Shown here: positions 1 through 10,496 of the stretch, in pieces
Position numbering within the stretch: the first letter of the stretch is position 1
How the letters are laid out: every line of letters begins with the position of its first letter
Origin: Longimicrobiales bacterium
GTDB taxonomy: Bacteria; Gemmatimonadota; Gemmatimonadetes; Longimicrobiales; Gaopeijiaceae
NCBI GenBank assembly: GCA_965218295.1
Contig: CBDCKN010000014.1
Location: 1-64,000, forward strand
DNA length: 64,000 bases
Direction of reading: 5' to 3'
Program-made: the position numbers and the translations under genes
The notes under the pieces: generated by a model
Told to the model about the DNA's origin: nothing
The model's input: the letters and a program-made list of their open reading frames with translations, nothing else
Databases searched by the model: none

Positions 1-747
1 CATCTCCGGATACAGGGGCTGGTCTCGGGTCTTCGCCTCAAGAAAGCGTGGAATCTGGCCGATCGCTTAGATGAGGAGCTGGGCCAGGAGCTTCCGTTCG
101 CGTACCACCACGAATTCGGTTTCCTGACCAGCTGCCCCACGAATGTGGGGAGCGGGTTGCGTGCTTCGGTGCTGGTGCACCTTCCCGGCCTTGTCTTGAC
201 CAAGGAGATCGGGAAGGTACTGCAGGGCCTGGGGCAGGTGGGCCTGACCTTCAGGGGCTTGTACGGTGAGGGCTCCGAGGTCGTGGGCAATTTCTTCCAG
301 GTCTCGAACCAGACGACGCTCGGCAAGAGCGAGGAGGATCTGGTCGAGCACCTGGACAAGGTTGTGCGTCAGGTGATCCAGTACGAGAGCCACGCGCGGC
401 AGGTGCTCCTGAGGGATGCACCTCAGGTTACGGAAGACAAGATTTGGCGAGCATATGGTCTCCTACGGTACGCGAGGTCGCTTTCCTTCGAGGAATTGAT
501 GAATTTGTTGTCGGGGATTCGCTTGGGAGTGGGCCTGAAACTCCTTCCAGAACTCCGGGTATATACGCTGAACAAATTGATGATTTTTACCCAGACTGCT
601 CACTTGGAGCAGGCAGCTGGACGAGACCTGCCGCCCTCGGAGTGCGATGCTCACCGGGCGGCTTATGTGCGACGGATCCTGGCCACCGAGGGGGCTTCGC
701 CCCCGGATGAGGAAACTGAAGAGGATGGCTCGCCCACGCAGGGATAG
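1..747 (+). CDS. mcsB: Protein-arginine kinase McsB (5'-partial)
   Basis: Frame open from base 1: HLRIQ...FGFLTSCPTNVGSGLRASVLVHLPGL and RGLYGEGS...FQVSNQTTLG guanido-phosphotransferase motifs; directly upstream of clpC. Confidence 0.93.
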   Translation, partial: HLRIQGLVSGLRLKKAWNLADRLDEELGQELPFAYHHEFGFLTSCPTNVGSGLRASVLVHLPGLVLTKEIGKVLQGLGQVGLTFRGLYGEGSEVVGNFFQVSNQTTLGKSEEDLVEHLDKVVRQVIQYESHARQVLLRDAPQVTEDKIWRAYGLLRYARSLSFEELMNLLSGIRLGVGLKLLPELRVYTLNKLMIFTQTAHLEQAAGRDLPPSECDAHRAAYVRRILATEGASPPDEETEEDGSPTQG

Positions 748-759
748 CCGCCGAGCAGA

Positions 760-3243
760 ATGAATTACAACTTCACCGATCGCGTTCGAAAAGTGTTGGC
801 CATGGCCCGTGAAGAGGCCATCCGCCTCCAACACGATTACGTAGGCACCGAGCACATACTCCTGGGACTCATCCGGGAGGGTGAAGGCGTAGCTGCTGCG
901 GTTCTCACCAACCTCAACGTGGATCTGGACCAGATCCACGATCAGGTGGAAGAGTCCGTCAAGAAGGGGAAGGCGACGATCGCCCTCGGTGAGCTTCCGT
1001 ATACGTCCAGGGCGAAGAAGGTTCTCGAGTTCGCCATGGCCGAGGCCCGGGAGCTGAATCATTCGTACGTCGGTACCGAGCACCTGCTCCTGGGGCTTCT
1101 CAGAGAGGAGAAGGGCATCGCCGCTCAGGTCCTCAACTCGTTGGGGGTCAGCATGGAGGAGGCGCGGTCCGAGACGCTCAAGGTCCTGGGCTCGGACGTG
1201 GGACCCTCGGAGCCGGCGGGAATCGGTGGGGGAGCACCGGCCACGCCGCCAACGGGCAAGGGCGAAAAGAAGTCCAAGACCCCGGCCCTCGATCATTTCT
1301 GCCGAGACCTGACCAGCCTGGCGCGGCAGGGGAAGCTGGATCCCACCATCGGACGCACGACGGAGATCGAGCGCGTGGTGGAGATCCTGTGCCGGCGGAA
1401 GAAGAACAATCCGGTCCTCATCGGTGAGCCCGGCGTCGGCAAGACCGCCATCGTGGAAGGACTCGCGCAGCTCATCTCCCGGAACGAGGTCACCGAGTCG
1501 CTCAAGAACCACCGAGTGCTGGCCCTGGACATGGCCGCGGTGATCGCCGGGACCAAGTACCGGGGTCAGTTCGAAGAGCGCCTCAAGGCGGTGATGAACG
1601 AGATCTCCCAGAATCAGACGGTCGTCCTGTTCATCGACGAGCTTCACACGCTCGTGGGCGCTGGGGCCGCCGAGGGAGCCATCGACGCCTCCAACATGCT
1701 CAAGCCGTCCCTCGCCCGGGGTGAGCTGCAGTGCATCGGCGCGTCGACTCTGAACGAGTACCGGAAGTACATCGAGAAGGACGGAGCGTTGGAGCGACGC
1801 TTCCAGCCCGTCATCGTCGATCCGCCGTCTGTCGAAGAGACCGTCGACATTCTCCATGGTCTGCGGACGCACTACGAAGATCACCATCGTGTGGTGATCC
1901 CCGATGAGGCCCTCAAGCAGGCCGCGAAGCTCTCCGATCGCTACATCACGGATCGGTTCCTGCCGGACAAGGCTATCGACGTCATCGACGAGGCCGGGGC
2001 CCGTGCTCGGATCGCCGCGCAGGTGCCGCCGCCCCAGGTGGAGGAGCTCAAGGACGAGCTGGCCGAGATCGCCGATCGCAAGGAAGGGGCGATCCGGGAC
2101 CAGGACTTCGAGCGCGCTGCGGAGCTCCGCGACGAAGAGCGGGCGCTACAGGAGAGGATCCGGGGCGAGCAGGACGACTGGGAAGAAGAGCGGAAGCGTC
2201 ACCGCCCCGAGATCGGGTCCGAGGACGTGGCCTTCATCGTCAGTCGCTGGACGGGCATTCCGGTCACCCGGCTGCAACAGGCCGAAACGGAGCGTCTCGT
2301 CCACATGGAGGAGGAGATCCACCAGCGTGTGGTGGGCCAGGACGATGCCATCACGGCCATCGCGAGGTCCATCAGGCGCAGCCGTGCGGGGCTGAAGGAT
2401 CCTCACCGCCCCATCGGGTCGTTCATCTTCTCGGGCCCCACCGGAGTCGGCAAGACCGAGCTGGCCAGGGCCCTCGCGGAATTCCTGTTCGCCGATCGCG
2501 ACGCTCTGATTCGGGTGGACATGAGCGAGTACATGGAGAAGTTCTCCGTCTCGCGACTTATTGGAGCCCCTCCGGGATACGTGGGCTACGAGGACTCCGG
2601 TGCGCTCACGAAAGCGGTGCGCCGCCGGCCCTACTCCGTCGTTCTCCTGGACGAGATCGAGAAGGCCCACCCGGACGTCTTCAACATCCTTCTGCAGGTG
2701 CTGGATGAGGGACATCTCACGGACAACTACGGCCGTATGATCGACTTCAAGAACACGGTTCTCATCATGACCTCCAACCTGGGCGCTCGGGACATCTCCA
2801 AGAGCGGAAGCCTCGGCTTCCACGACGACGATCCCAGGACGTCGTACGAGATCATGCAGAGAAAGGTGCGTGACGAGATCGATAAGGCCTTCAATCCCGA
2901 GTTCCTGAACAGGGTGGATGAAACGATCGTGTTCCACACGCTAGACCGAGACGAGATCGGACAGATCGTCCTCATCCTGCTCAGGGACATCAGCGAGCGT
3001 CTGGCGGAGGAAGAGCTCAGCCTCAACCTCTCCGACGGGGCCATCGACTTCCTCGTCGAGAAGGGGTACGACGAGAAATTCGGAGCACGGCCCCTCAGGC
3101 GGGCCATCCAGCGCTATCTCGAAGATCCTCTCTCGGAGGGGATCCTGACGGCGGACTTCTCGGCGGGTGACGAGATCGCCGTCGACGTGGACGACGAGGG
3201 AGAGGCGCTCACCTTGGCTGCGGCCTCACAGAGCAAGACGTGA
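760..3243 (+). CDS. clpC: ATP-dependent Clp protease ATPase subunit ClpC
   Basis: Clp N repeats, two Walker A motifs ([16 protein letters not shown]), UVR coiled coil; 827 aa. Confidence 0.97.
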   Translation: MNYNFTDRVRKVLAMAREEAIRLQHDYVGTEHILLGLIREGEGVAAAVLTNLNVDLDQIHDQVEESVKKGKATIALGELPYTSRAKKVLEFAMAEARELNHSYVGTEHLLLGLLREEKGIAAQVLNSLGVSMEEARSETLKVLGSDVGPSEPAGIGGGAPATPPTGKGEKKSKTPALDHFCRDLTSLARQGKLDPTIGRTTEIERVVEILCRRKKNNPVLIGEPGVGKTAIVEGLAQLISRNEVTESLKNHRVLALDMAAVIAGTKYRGQFEERLKAVMNEISQNQTVVLFIDELHTLVGAGAAEGAIDASNMLKPSLARGELQCIGASTLNEYRKYIEKDGALERRFQPVIVDPPSVEETVDILHGLRTHYEDHHRVVIPDEALKQAAKLSDRYITDRFLPDKAIDVIDEAGARARIAAQVPPPQVEELKDELAEIADRKEGAIRDQDFERAAELRDEERALQERIRGEQDDWEEERKRHRPEIGSEDVAFIVSRWTGIPVTRLQQAETERLVHMEEEIHQRVVGQDDAITAIARSIRRSRAGLKDPHRPIGSFIFSGPTGVGKTELARALAEFLFADRDALIRVDMSEYMEKFSVSRLIGAPPGYVGYEDSGALTKAVRRRPYSVVLLDEIEKAHPDVFNILLQVLDEGHLTDNYGRMIDFKNTVLIMTSNLGARDISKSGSLGFHDDDPRTSYEIMQRKVRDEIDKAFNPEFLNRVDETIVFHTLDRDEIGQIVLILLRDISERLAEEELSLNLSDGAIDFLVEKGYDEKFGARPLRRAIQRYLEDPLSEGILTADFSAGDEIAVDVDDEGEALTLAAASQSKT

Positions 3244-3272
3244 CGCCCGGGGCCAGACCTTTGTCCAACTCG

Positions 3273-5678
3273 ATGCTCAGGGCCGTGAGAACATTCCCGC
3301 TGTGTGCTGTCCTGTTGGCTCTTGTGATGGCGCCCCCCATCGCTCAGGCGCAGCAGGACACGGGGGGTGGGCCCATTCTCATCGACTCCGTGGCGGTGAG
3401 GGGCAACGTACGCCTGTCCGATCTCACCATCATCACGATGGCGAGCATCAACCGCGGCACCGCCTACACCATCTTCGACATCCAGAAGGCCACCAAGGAG
3501 CTGTGGGCCTCTGGGCAGTTCTGGGACATCACCGCCCACATCGAAGGCAACGTCGGCGAGCACGTCACCCTGGTGTGGGAGGTCGAAGAGCAGGATCTCA
3601 TGCGGAACGTCGTGATCACGGGCTTGGTGAACGCGGACGCAGACGAGGTTCGTGACACCACGGGAGTACAGGCGGGGCTGCCCTACTCGCCCAGGAGAGT
3701 GGCCGAAGCGAAAGAGTTCATCCGGCGCGAGCTGGCGTCGAAGGGAATACCGTTCGCGGACATCGTGGAGCGAACCGAGCTCATCACGAACCGCGAAAAG
3801 GAGATCATCCTCTACCTGGATGTGACGGAGGGCACGATGATCACCGTGGCCGACGTCGTCTTCACGGGAAACGAGCTCTTCTCGGACGGGGAGTTGAGGG
3901 GTGCCATGTCCGTGAAACCGGAGGGGTTCTGGTGGTGGAGGTCGGGCTCGTACGACCAGCAGCGTCTGGACGAGGATCTCCGTGTAGGTTTGCCGGCCTA
4001 TTACGCCGCTCGAGGCTATCTGGATTTCCGGGCTCAGAGGGATTCCCTGATCATCGATCCGACCACCGGAAAGACCCGAATCCAAGTGACGGTGGAGGAG
4101 GGTGTCGTGTACCATCTCGCGGACTTCTCCATCACGGGGAACAGGGAGTTTCCCGCCGAGCGGCTGGAACGGTTCTTCCGGCCGGAGGAGACGGGTCTTT
4201 TCACGACCGTTCTCGGCGAGGAGCGGCTCCCGGTCTTCGACTCCGTCGCCTTCCAGGCGGCCACCGACGACGTGGGGCAGCTTTACCAGAACGAGGGATA
4301 TCTCTACTCCGAGATCATTCCGTACGTGAACCGGAATCCGGCGCGCGAGGGGGAGCCCGCTACGGTGAACGTGGGTTGGACGATTCGGGAGGGAGCTCAG
4401 GCGTACATCGCGAGAGTCGATATCGAAGGCAACGAGTACACGTACGCGCGGGTCATCCGTGACAAGATTTTCATCCTCCCAGGAGACGTGTACTCGCAGG
4501 AGCGCATCATTCAGAGCTTCCAGAGCATCTCTTCGCTCGGCTACTTCGACGTGCCAATGGAGGTTCCGTCCATCCAGCCCAACGATGACGGGGACGTAGA
4601 CGTCACCTTCAACGTGGCCGAGAAGCCGACCGGGGCGATCAACTTCGGTACCTCCGTCGGCGGATTTACGGGCGTCTCCGGGTTCGTCGGCTACGACCAA
4701 CCGAACCTCTTCGGAAAGGGCAAGTCCGGAAGCGTACGATGGGACTTCGGCCGGTTCGCGAACAACCAGACGCTGAGCTATACGGACCCCGGAATCTTCG
4801 AGTCACTCGTGAGTGGGTCGCTGAGCCTGTTCAACACCCGTGACCGGTTCATCAGCTTCCAATCCGGACGGCGACGGAGGTCAGGTGCTTTCCTCCGCTT
4901 CGGATTTCCGATTGCCGGTGCGCGCTTCACACGGCTCTTTGTCGGTTACGGCCTGTCCCACACGAAGTTCACGCTGCAGGGCAGCAACATCGATCAGTCC
5001 CTCTTCGGTCTTCCTCCGGGCACCCAGAGCACAATCTCGGTGGGCATCACTCGCGCGACCCTGAACCATCCGCTGTTCCCCACCGTGGGTGGCCGCCAGA
5101 CGGTGAACGTGGACCTCAACGGCGGGCCCCTCGGAGGGAACGGCAAGTTCGTCAAGACGACGGCCGAGGGTGCGTGGTGGATTCCTGTGGGGGTGGCGGG
5201 TGGTGATCCCAATCAACCCGGCTCCGGCCTCACGTTTGCGCTGGGAATGACCTTCAGGGCCGGCGCCATCCAGGGAGACAGCGAGCGCTTCCCGTTTGAG
5301 CGCTTCTGGATGGGTGGTGTGCAGTTCGGTGAGCAGCTCAGGGGGTATGACGAGACCACCGTCACGCCCGAAGGGTTCTTCCCGGACCGGTCCAGGGAGA
5401 TTCTCGACATCGACAGGCTGGGGACGGCGTTCTTCTCCATGACCACAGAACTGGCATTGCGAATGGGAGCTCAGCTCTCCGTATCCCTCTTCTTCGATGC
5501 AGGCAACGTCTGGCGCAGCCCCCGGGAATTCGACCCCACGAGGCTGCGGAGGGGCGCGGGCGTCGGCATTCTGTTGGTAACACCGTTCGGTCCCGTGGGG
5601 CTGGACTATGCGTACGGGTTCGACAAGCCTGAGCCTGGTTGGCAACTGCACTTCAACCTGGGCGGCGGCGGGTTCTGA
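3273..5678 (+). CDS. bamA: Outer membrane protein assembly factor BamA
   Basis: Signal peptide, POTRA-like repeats, LRGYD motif, C-terminal TPFGPVGLDYAYG...F barrel end; start may be 3240 or 3273. Confidence 0.93.
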   Translation: MLRAVRTFPLCAVLLALVMAPPIAQAQQDTGGGPILIDSVAVRGNVRLSDLTIITMASINRGTAYTIFDIQKATKELWASGQFWDITAHIEGNVGEHVTLVWEVEEQDLMRNVVITGLVNADADEVRDTTGVQAGLPYSPRRVAEAKEFIRRELASKGIPFADIVERTELITNREKEIILYLDVTEGTMITVADVVFTGNELFSDGELRGAMSVKPEGFWWWRSGSYDQQRLDEDLRVGLPAYYAARGYLDFRAQRDSLIIDPTTGKTRIQVTVEEGVVYHLADFSITGNREFPAERLERFFRPEETGLFTTVLGEERLPVFDSVAFQAATDDVGQLYQNEGYLYSEIIPYVNRNPAREGEPATVNVGWTIREGAQAYIARVDIEGNEYTYARVIRDKIFILPGDVYSQERIIQSFQSISSLGYFDVPMEVPSIQPNDDGDVDVTFNVAEKPTGAINFGTSVGGFTGVSGFVGYDQPNLFGKGKSGSVRWDFGRFANNQTLSYTDPGIFESLVSGSLSLFNTRDRFISFQSGRRRRSGAFLRFGFPIAGARFTRLFVGYGLSHTKFTLQGSNIDQSLFGLPPGTQSTISVGITRATLNHPLFPTVGGRQTVNVDLNGGPLGGNGKFVKTTAEGAWWIPVGVAGGDPNQPGSGLTFALGMTFRAGAIQGDSERFPFERFWMGGVQFGEQLRGYDETTVTPEGFFPDRSREILDIDRLGTAFFSMTTELALRMGAQLSVSLFFDAGNVWRSPREFDPTRLRRGAGVGILLVTPFGPVGLDYAYGFDKPEPGWQLHFNLGGGGF

Positions 5679-5695
5679 TCAGGGAGTATCTCTTT

Positions 5696-6220
5696 ATGCG
5701 AAGAGTCGTTTTTTTCTCGTGCGCCCTCCTCATGTTGGGTGGGACCGCAAGGGCGCAGACTGCGGAGAGTGGTCTCAGGATCGGCTACATCAACTCTTCG
5801 GCCATCGTAGCCGGGAACGCGGATGCCATGGCAGCCCAGGAGCAGTTCCAGAGGGAGATGGTACCTTTCGAGAGCGAGTTGAAGGCCCTTGAGACCGAGA
5901 TCGGTCAGCTGCTAAACCGCTATCAGGCGCAGCAGGTCACGTTGAGTCCCGACACCCGCAGGAGCCGCCAGCAGGAGATCCTGCAGAAGCAGCAGGAATA
6001 CCAGAATCGCATGGGGGAGATCGAGGCCGAGGCCGCCAGGCGCCAGCAGGAGCTCGTGGCGCCCATCATGGAGCGCATCAACGCCATCATCCAGGATATC
6101 CGGCGGGAGGGCTCGTACACGTTTATCTTCGACGTCTCTGCCGGTGGGTTGATCGCAGCCGACGAGGCCTTCGACTTGACGGACGAGGTGATCCAGAGGT
6201 TGGCCACCCAAGGAGGCTGA
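5696..6220 (+). CDS. skp: OmpH/Skp periplasmic chaperone
   Basis: Signal peptide, IGYINS motif, coiled coil, DLTDEVI C-terminus; follows bamA. Confidence 0.9.
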   Translation: MRRVVFFSCALLMLGGTARAQTAESGLRIGYINSSAIVAGNADAMAAQEQFQREMVPFESELKALETEIGQLLNRYQAQQVTLSPDTRRSRQQEILQKQQEYQNRMGEIEAEAARRQQELVAPIMERINAIIQDIRREGSYTFIFDVSAGGLIAADEAFDLTDEVIQRLATQGG

Positions 6221-6224
6221 CACA

Positions 6225-7283
6225 GTGAAGGCCGGCCCCGCGGGCCACACCCTAGCTGATCTGGCGTCCCTGGTGGGGGGACGCGCCGTAGGAGACGTAG
6301 AACTCTCCGTCAAAGGGATCGCCACCCTCGCTCACGCGGGACCCGACGAGTTGGGGCTGCTGGCCGATCGCACGTACCTCAAAGGAGTATCGGAGAGCAA
6401 CGCCGGCGCGCTCCTGATCTCCGAAGAGCTTGACCCCGAAGTGACCGACGCGCCCAACCGCTTGGTCGTCGAGAATCCTCGCGAGGCCTTGGCCTTCCTT
6501 ATCGGCCACTTCCATCCGGAGCCGCCGCGCCGCCCCGGCATCCACCCCACGGCGGTCATCGGCGAGCGGGTCCAACTAGGTCTGGACGTCAGTGTGGGGC
6601 CGTACGTGGTGGTGGAGGACGATGTGGTCATCGGCGACCGGGCTACGCTCCACGCCCACGTCGTGGTGCGGCAGGACGCGCGGATAGGCGACGATTCGGT
6701 CCTGCATCCTCACGTGGTCCTCTATCCCCAGGCCCGCGTGGGCAACCGGGTGGTGCTCCACGCGGGTGTGCGCATCGGCGTGGACGGCTTCGGGTACACG
6801 CCCAGCGGCGGCGAGCCGAAGAAGATCCCTCATGTGGGTCTCTGCGTGATCGGAGATGACGTCGAGATCGGCGCGAACAGCTGTGTGGATCGCGGCTCCA
6901 TCGGTCGTACCGAGCTCGGCAACCAGACCAAGCTCGACAACCTGGTTCACATCGGGCACAACGTCAGCGTCGGGCCCCAGAGCGTGATGGCGGCCATGGT
7001 GGGCATCGGGGGCTCGACGAGTATCGGAGCCGGCACGATGTGGGGTGGGCAGTCAGGGGCCATGGATCACCTCGAGATCGGGGACGAGACCAGGGTGGCC
7101 GGCCAAGCGGGGCTTATCGACAATCTGCCCTCGGGGAGCACGGTGGCCGGCTTCCCGGCCCGGCCCATCAAGGACTTCTTCAGGGCCAACGCGGCCATGT
7201 ATCGTGTCGCGGAGTTGAGGCGGCGCGTACGGAATATGGAAAGGGCTCTGGGGCTTGGCCGCAGCCGAGAAGACGCCGAATAG
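6225..7283 (+). CDS. lpxD: UDP-3-O-acylglucosamine N-acyltransferase LpxD
   Basis: Hexapeptide repeats, GVDGFGY and KLDNLVHIGHNV motifs. Confidence 0.95.
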   Translation: MKAGPAGHTLADLASLVGGRAVGDVELSVKGIATLAHAGPDELGLLADRTYLKGVSESNAGALLISEELDPEVTDAPNRLVVENPREALAFLIGHFHPEPPRRPGIHPTAVIGERVQLGLDVSVGPYVVVEDDVVIGDRATLHAHVVVRQDARIGDDSVLHPHVVLYPQARVGNRVVLHAGVRIGVDGFGYTPSGGEPKKIPHVGLCVIGDDVEIGANSCVDRGSIGRTELGNQTKLDNLVHIGHNVSVGPQSVMAAMVGIGGSTSIGAGTMWGGQSGAMDHLEIGDETRVAGQAGLIDNLPSGSTVAGFPARPIKDFFRANAAMYRVAELRRRVRNMERALGLGRSREDAE

Positions 7284-7285
7284 GA

Positions 7286-8569
7286 ATGGTGTACACCAGA
7301 CAACGCACGTTGCGTGGTGAAAGGACCCTGGAGGGCATCGGCGTGCACTCAGGGGAGTCGGCGACCCTGACCATGAAGCCGGCCGACGGCGGAGGGATTC
7401 GCTTTCGTCGCATCGATCTGGATGGGCAGCCCGAGATACCTGCGGATCTGGACCACGTGGTGGGAACGGATCTGGGCACGAGCCTCGGAGCGGGCGACGT
7501 CACGGTCTTGACCGTGGAGCACGTCATGGCGGCTCTGGTGGCCGCCGGTATCGACAACGCCATCCTCGAGCTCACGGGTCCCGAGCCCCCCATCCTGGAC
7601 GGCAGCTTCCAGCGCTACCTGGATGCCATCTCCGAGATAGGCGCGGTGGAGCTGGACGAGCCTGCGGAGGTTCTGGCCGTGCGGAAGGCCCTGACGGTGA
7701 GTGTCGATACCGGAGCGTTGTACGTGGCGTCGCCCGCGGAGGGCCTGCGAATCTCGGCGACCATCGACTTCGAGCATGTCACCATCGGGCGCCAGTTCGG
7801 CACGTTCGACGTCACGGAGGAGGCCTTCCAGAGCGAGATTGCGCCTGCTCGGACGTTCGGGTTCCATCGCGACGCCGAGGAGCTACAGGCACGTGGGCTC
7901 GCCCAGGGCGCGTCGCTGGAAAACACGATCGTACTGGATGACGACGGCGTCATGAATGACGGTCTTCGATTCGAAGACGAGTTCCTGCGTCACAAGGTGG
8001 GCGACCTCATCGGCGACCTAGCGCTCATCGGCGGACGGATTCACGGGCACATCGTGTCGGAGAGGCCCAGCCACCAGGGGAACATAGCTTTGGCCAGGGC
8101 GTTGAAGGATCACGCACGGAAGGGAGCGTCTCAATTCCCCGTGGAAGTTCAACGCATCATGGAGTACCTGCCCCACCGGTATCCCTTCCTCCTCGTGGAT
8201 CGGGTCCTGGAGTTCGAGTCGGGCAAGAGGATCGTCGGCATCAAGAACGTGACGATCAACGAGCCCTTCTTCCAGGGACACTTTCCGGGGCACCCCATCA
8301 TGCCCGGGGTCCTGATCATCGAGGCCATGGCGCAGGTGGGAGGGCTCCTGCTGATGGACACGCTGGCCGACCCGGAGGACAAAGTCGTCTACTTTATGTC
8401 GCTCGATAATGTGAAGTGGCGGAAGCCGGTGATCCCTGGGGATCAGCTGGTCTTCGAGGTCAAGATGGTCCAGTCTCGCAGGAACGTGTGCAAGATCAGG
8501 GGCGTGGCACGAGTGGACGACAAGGTGGTAGCGGAGGCGGATCTGATGGCAAGGATCATGGATAGATGA
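7286..8569 (+). CDS. lpxC/fabZ: Bifunctional LpxC deacetylase / FabZ dehydratase fusion
   Basis: [20 protein letters not shown] and [11 protein letters not shown] (LpxC), then [12 protein letters not shown] and [16 protein letters not shown] (FabZ); ATG at 7286. Confidence 0.95.
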   Translation: MVYTRQRTLRGERTLEGIGVHSGESATLTMKPADGGGIRFRRIDLDGQPEIPADLDHVVGTDLGTSLGAGDVTVLTVEHVMAALVAAGIDNAILELTGPEPPILDGSFQRYLDAISEIGAVELDEPAEVLAVRKALTVSVDTGALYVASPAEGLRISATIDFEHVTIGRQFGTFDVTEEAFQSEIAPARTFGFHRDAEELQARGLAQGASLENTIVLDDDGVMNDGLRFEDEFLRHKVGDLIGDLALIGGRIHGHIVSERPSHQGNIALARALKDHARKGASQFPVEVQRIMEYLPHRYPFLLVDRVLEFESGKRIVGIKNVTINEPFFQGHFPGHPIMPGVLIIEAMAQVGGLLLMDTLADPEDKVVYFMSLDNVKWRKPVIPGDQLVFEVKMVQSRRNVCKIRGVARVDDKVVAEADLMARIMDR

Positions 8570-9381
8570 GCGATGCATACTGGGGTGAGCGGGCCGAGGA
8601 GCGGACCGATGTCCAGGTCCACTCGACGGCCATCGTGGACGCCGGCGCGCGCTTGGGGGGGGACGTGGTCGTGGGCCCGTACTCCATCATCGGCCCCGGG
8701 GTCGCCGTGGGGAACGGGACGATCATCGGCCCCCACGTGTTGGTGGAGCGCGATACGACCATCGGGGAGCAGTGTCAGATCGCTCAAGGAGCTGTGCTGG
8801 GGACGGACCCTCAGGATCTCAAATACGAAGGCGAAGCGTCACACCTCTACGTGGGCGACCGCACGGTGATCCGTGAGTACGCCACGCTCAATCGCGGAAC
8901 GCGGGCATCACGCAAGACGGTGGTTGGGAGTGACTGCCTGATCATGGCGTATGTCCACATCGCCCACGACTGCGAGATCGGGAACCACGTCATTCTGTCG
9001 AACGCCGTGAACATGGCGGGCCACGTCGTCATCGAAGACTGGGTCATCATCGGCGGGCTCACCGCCATCCATCAGTTCGTGCGCATCGGCGCTCACTCGT
9101 TCTGTGGTGGCGGATCCCGCTTGCCACAGGACATCCCACCGTACCTCAGGGTGGCGGGCAACCCCGCCAAGCTCTATGGCCTGAATTCGGTCGGACTGGA
9201 GCGTCGCGGCGTGTCCGAGGATGTGAAGCGGGCTCTCAAGCAGGCGTATCGGACCCTCTTCCAGTCAAAGCTCAACCTCTCCCAGGCGCTGGACCAGGCG
9301 GACGAAGAGGTGGCACAGATCCCCGAGGTAAGGCACCTCCTGACCTTCATCCGGGATAGCGAGCGTGGCATCACGACTTAG
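8566..9381 (+). CDS. lpxA: UDP-N-acetylglucosamine O-acyltransferase LpxA
   Basis: PQDLKYEGE, HIAHDC and HQFVRIG motifs; hexapeptide repeats. Confidence 0.95.
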   Translation: MSDAYWGERAEERTDVQVHSTAIVDAGARLGGDVVVGPYSIIGPGVAVGNGTIIGPHVLVERDTTIGEQCQIAQGAVLGTDPQDLKYEGEASHLYVGDRTVIREYATLNRGTRASRKTVVGSDCLIMAYVHIAHDCEIGNHVILSNAVNMAGHVVIEDWVIIGGLTAIHQFVRIGAHSFCGGGSRLPQDIPPYLRVAGNPAKLYGLNSVGLERRGVSEDVKRALKQAYRTLFQSKLNLSQALDQADEEVAQIPEVRHLLTFIRDSERGITT

Positions 9382-10387
9382 CTCGTCGTCCGGTTCACCC
9401 GCTATCGGCGTCGTAGGCGTCGGGAGCCTGGGCTATCACCACGCTCGAATCCTCGCTTCCCTCGACGGAGTCCATATGGCGGGCATCTACGACGTCGACG
9501 CGGACCGGGCCCATGAAGTAGGTCATACGCTGGAGCTGGAGGTCCACTCCGGCCTGGACTCGCTCCTCGATGCGGCGAACGGGCTCGTGGTGGCGGTCCC
9601 CACCGTCGAGCACGAGGCTGTGGCCGTGGCGGCGCTGGGGCGGGGCGTGGACGTACTGGTGGAGAAGCCTCTGGCGTCGTCCCTCGAGGCTGCGGACCGC
9701 ATCCTGGAGGCTGCCGAGTCAAGCGGTGCGATGATCCAGGTCGGGCACGTAGAGCGGTTCAATTCCGCCATCCGAGCCGCAGAGCCCTTCCTCCAGGCCC
9801 CTCTCTTCATCGAGTCGCACAGGCTCGCTCCCTTCGTTCAGAGAAGTACCGACGTGGCGGTCGTTCTGGACCTGATGATCCACGACGTCGACCTGGTGCA
9901 AAGCCTCGTAGGCAAGCCTATCAAGGATGTCGCTGCTACGGGGATTCCGGTTCTGACCCCCGGCATCGACATCGCCAACGCGCGGCTCGGGTTCGAGGGA
10001 GGGGCGGTGGCGAACCTCACCGCCAGCCGGGTATCGATGGAGCGGATGCGAAAGCTCCGCATCTTCCAGGAGTCCGGATATATCAGCCTCAACCTCGCCG
10101 ACGGAACGGGCGAGTTCCTCAAGCTGAAGCAGGATCTGCCGTTGTTCTCAGGCGGCGGAGACATCGAGATCCCGAGGGAGGGTGGGCTCGCCGATATCGT
10201 GGAGCGAGTTTCTCTGCAAGGTGACGGTGCAGAGCCCTTGGCCAAGGAGCTGGAGAACTTCCGTGACGCGGTGGCGGGGCGAGGGGCACCGGCCGTGGAC
10301 GGTGAGGAAGGACGCTCTGCCCTGGCGGTAACCCTATTGATCGAAGAGCGCATCGAGACCTATGTCGCTGATACGCGTCCGGCGTGA
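9365..10387 (+). CDS. Gfo/Idh/MocA oxidoreductase (GnnA-like UDP-GlcNAc 3-dehydrogenase candidate)
   Basis: GVGSLG Rossmann motif, EKP, GHVERFN, DLMIHD; lies between lpxA and lpxB. Confidence 0.85.
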   Translation: MASRLSSSSGSPAIGVVGVGSLGYHHARILASLDGVHMAGIYDVDADRAHEVGHTLELEVHSGLDSLLDAANGLVVAVPTVEHEAVAVAALGRGVDVLVEKPLASSLEAADRILEAAESSGAMIQVGHVERFNSAIRAAEPFLQAPLFIESHRLAPFVQRSTDVAVVLDLMIHDVDLVQSLVGKPIKDVAATGIPVLTPGIDIANARLGFEGGAVANLTASRVSMERMRKLRIFQESGYISLNLADGTGEFLKLKQDLPLFSGGGDIEIPREGGLADIVERVSLQGDGAEPLAKELENFRDAVAGRGAPAVDGEEGRSALAVTLLIEERIETYVADTRPA

Positions 10388-10496
10388 CCGGAAGAAGAAC
10401 TGGATCGACAACAAGAAAGGGCTGCCGCCGCGGCAGCTCCTCTTCCTCCTGGTCATCCTCCTCATCGTGATCTGGTACCTGGGTGTCCGATTCTGA
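10362..10496 (+). CDS. Small 44-aa basic, single-TM protein (below ORF-track cutoff)
   Basis: MSLIRVRRDRKKNWIDNKKGLPPRQLLFLLVILLIVIWYLGVRF*; fills the gap between the Gfo gene and lpxB and overlaps both; GC3-rich codons. Confidence 0.6.
   Translation: MSLIRVRRDRKKNWIDNKKGLPPRQLLFLLVILLIVIWYLGVRF

Noticed and set aside
7286..8569. LpxC-FabZ fusion as a novelty
   Set aside because: A known fusion in Bacteroidota and other phyla
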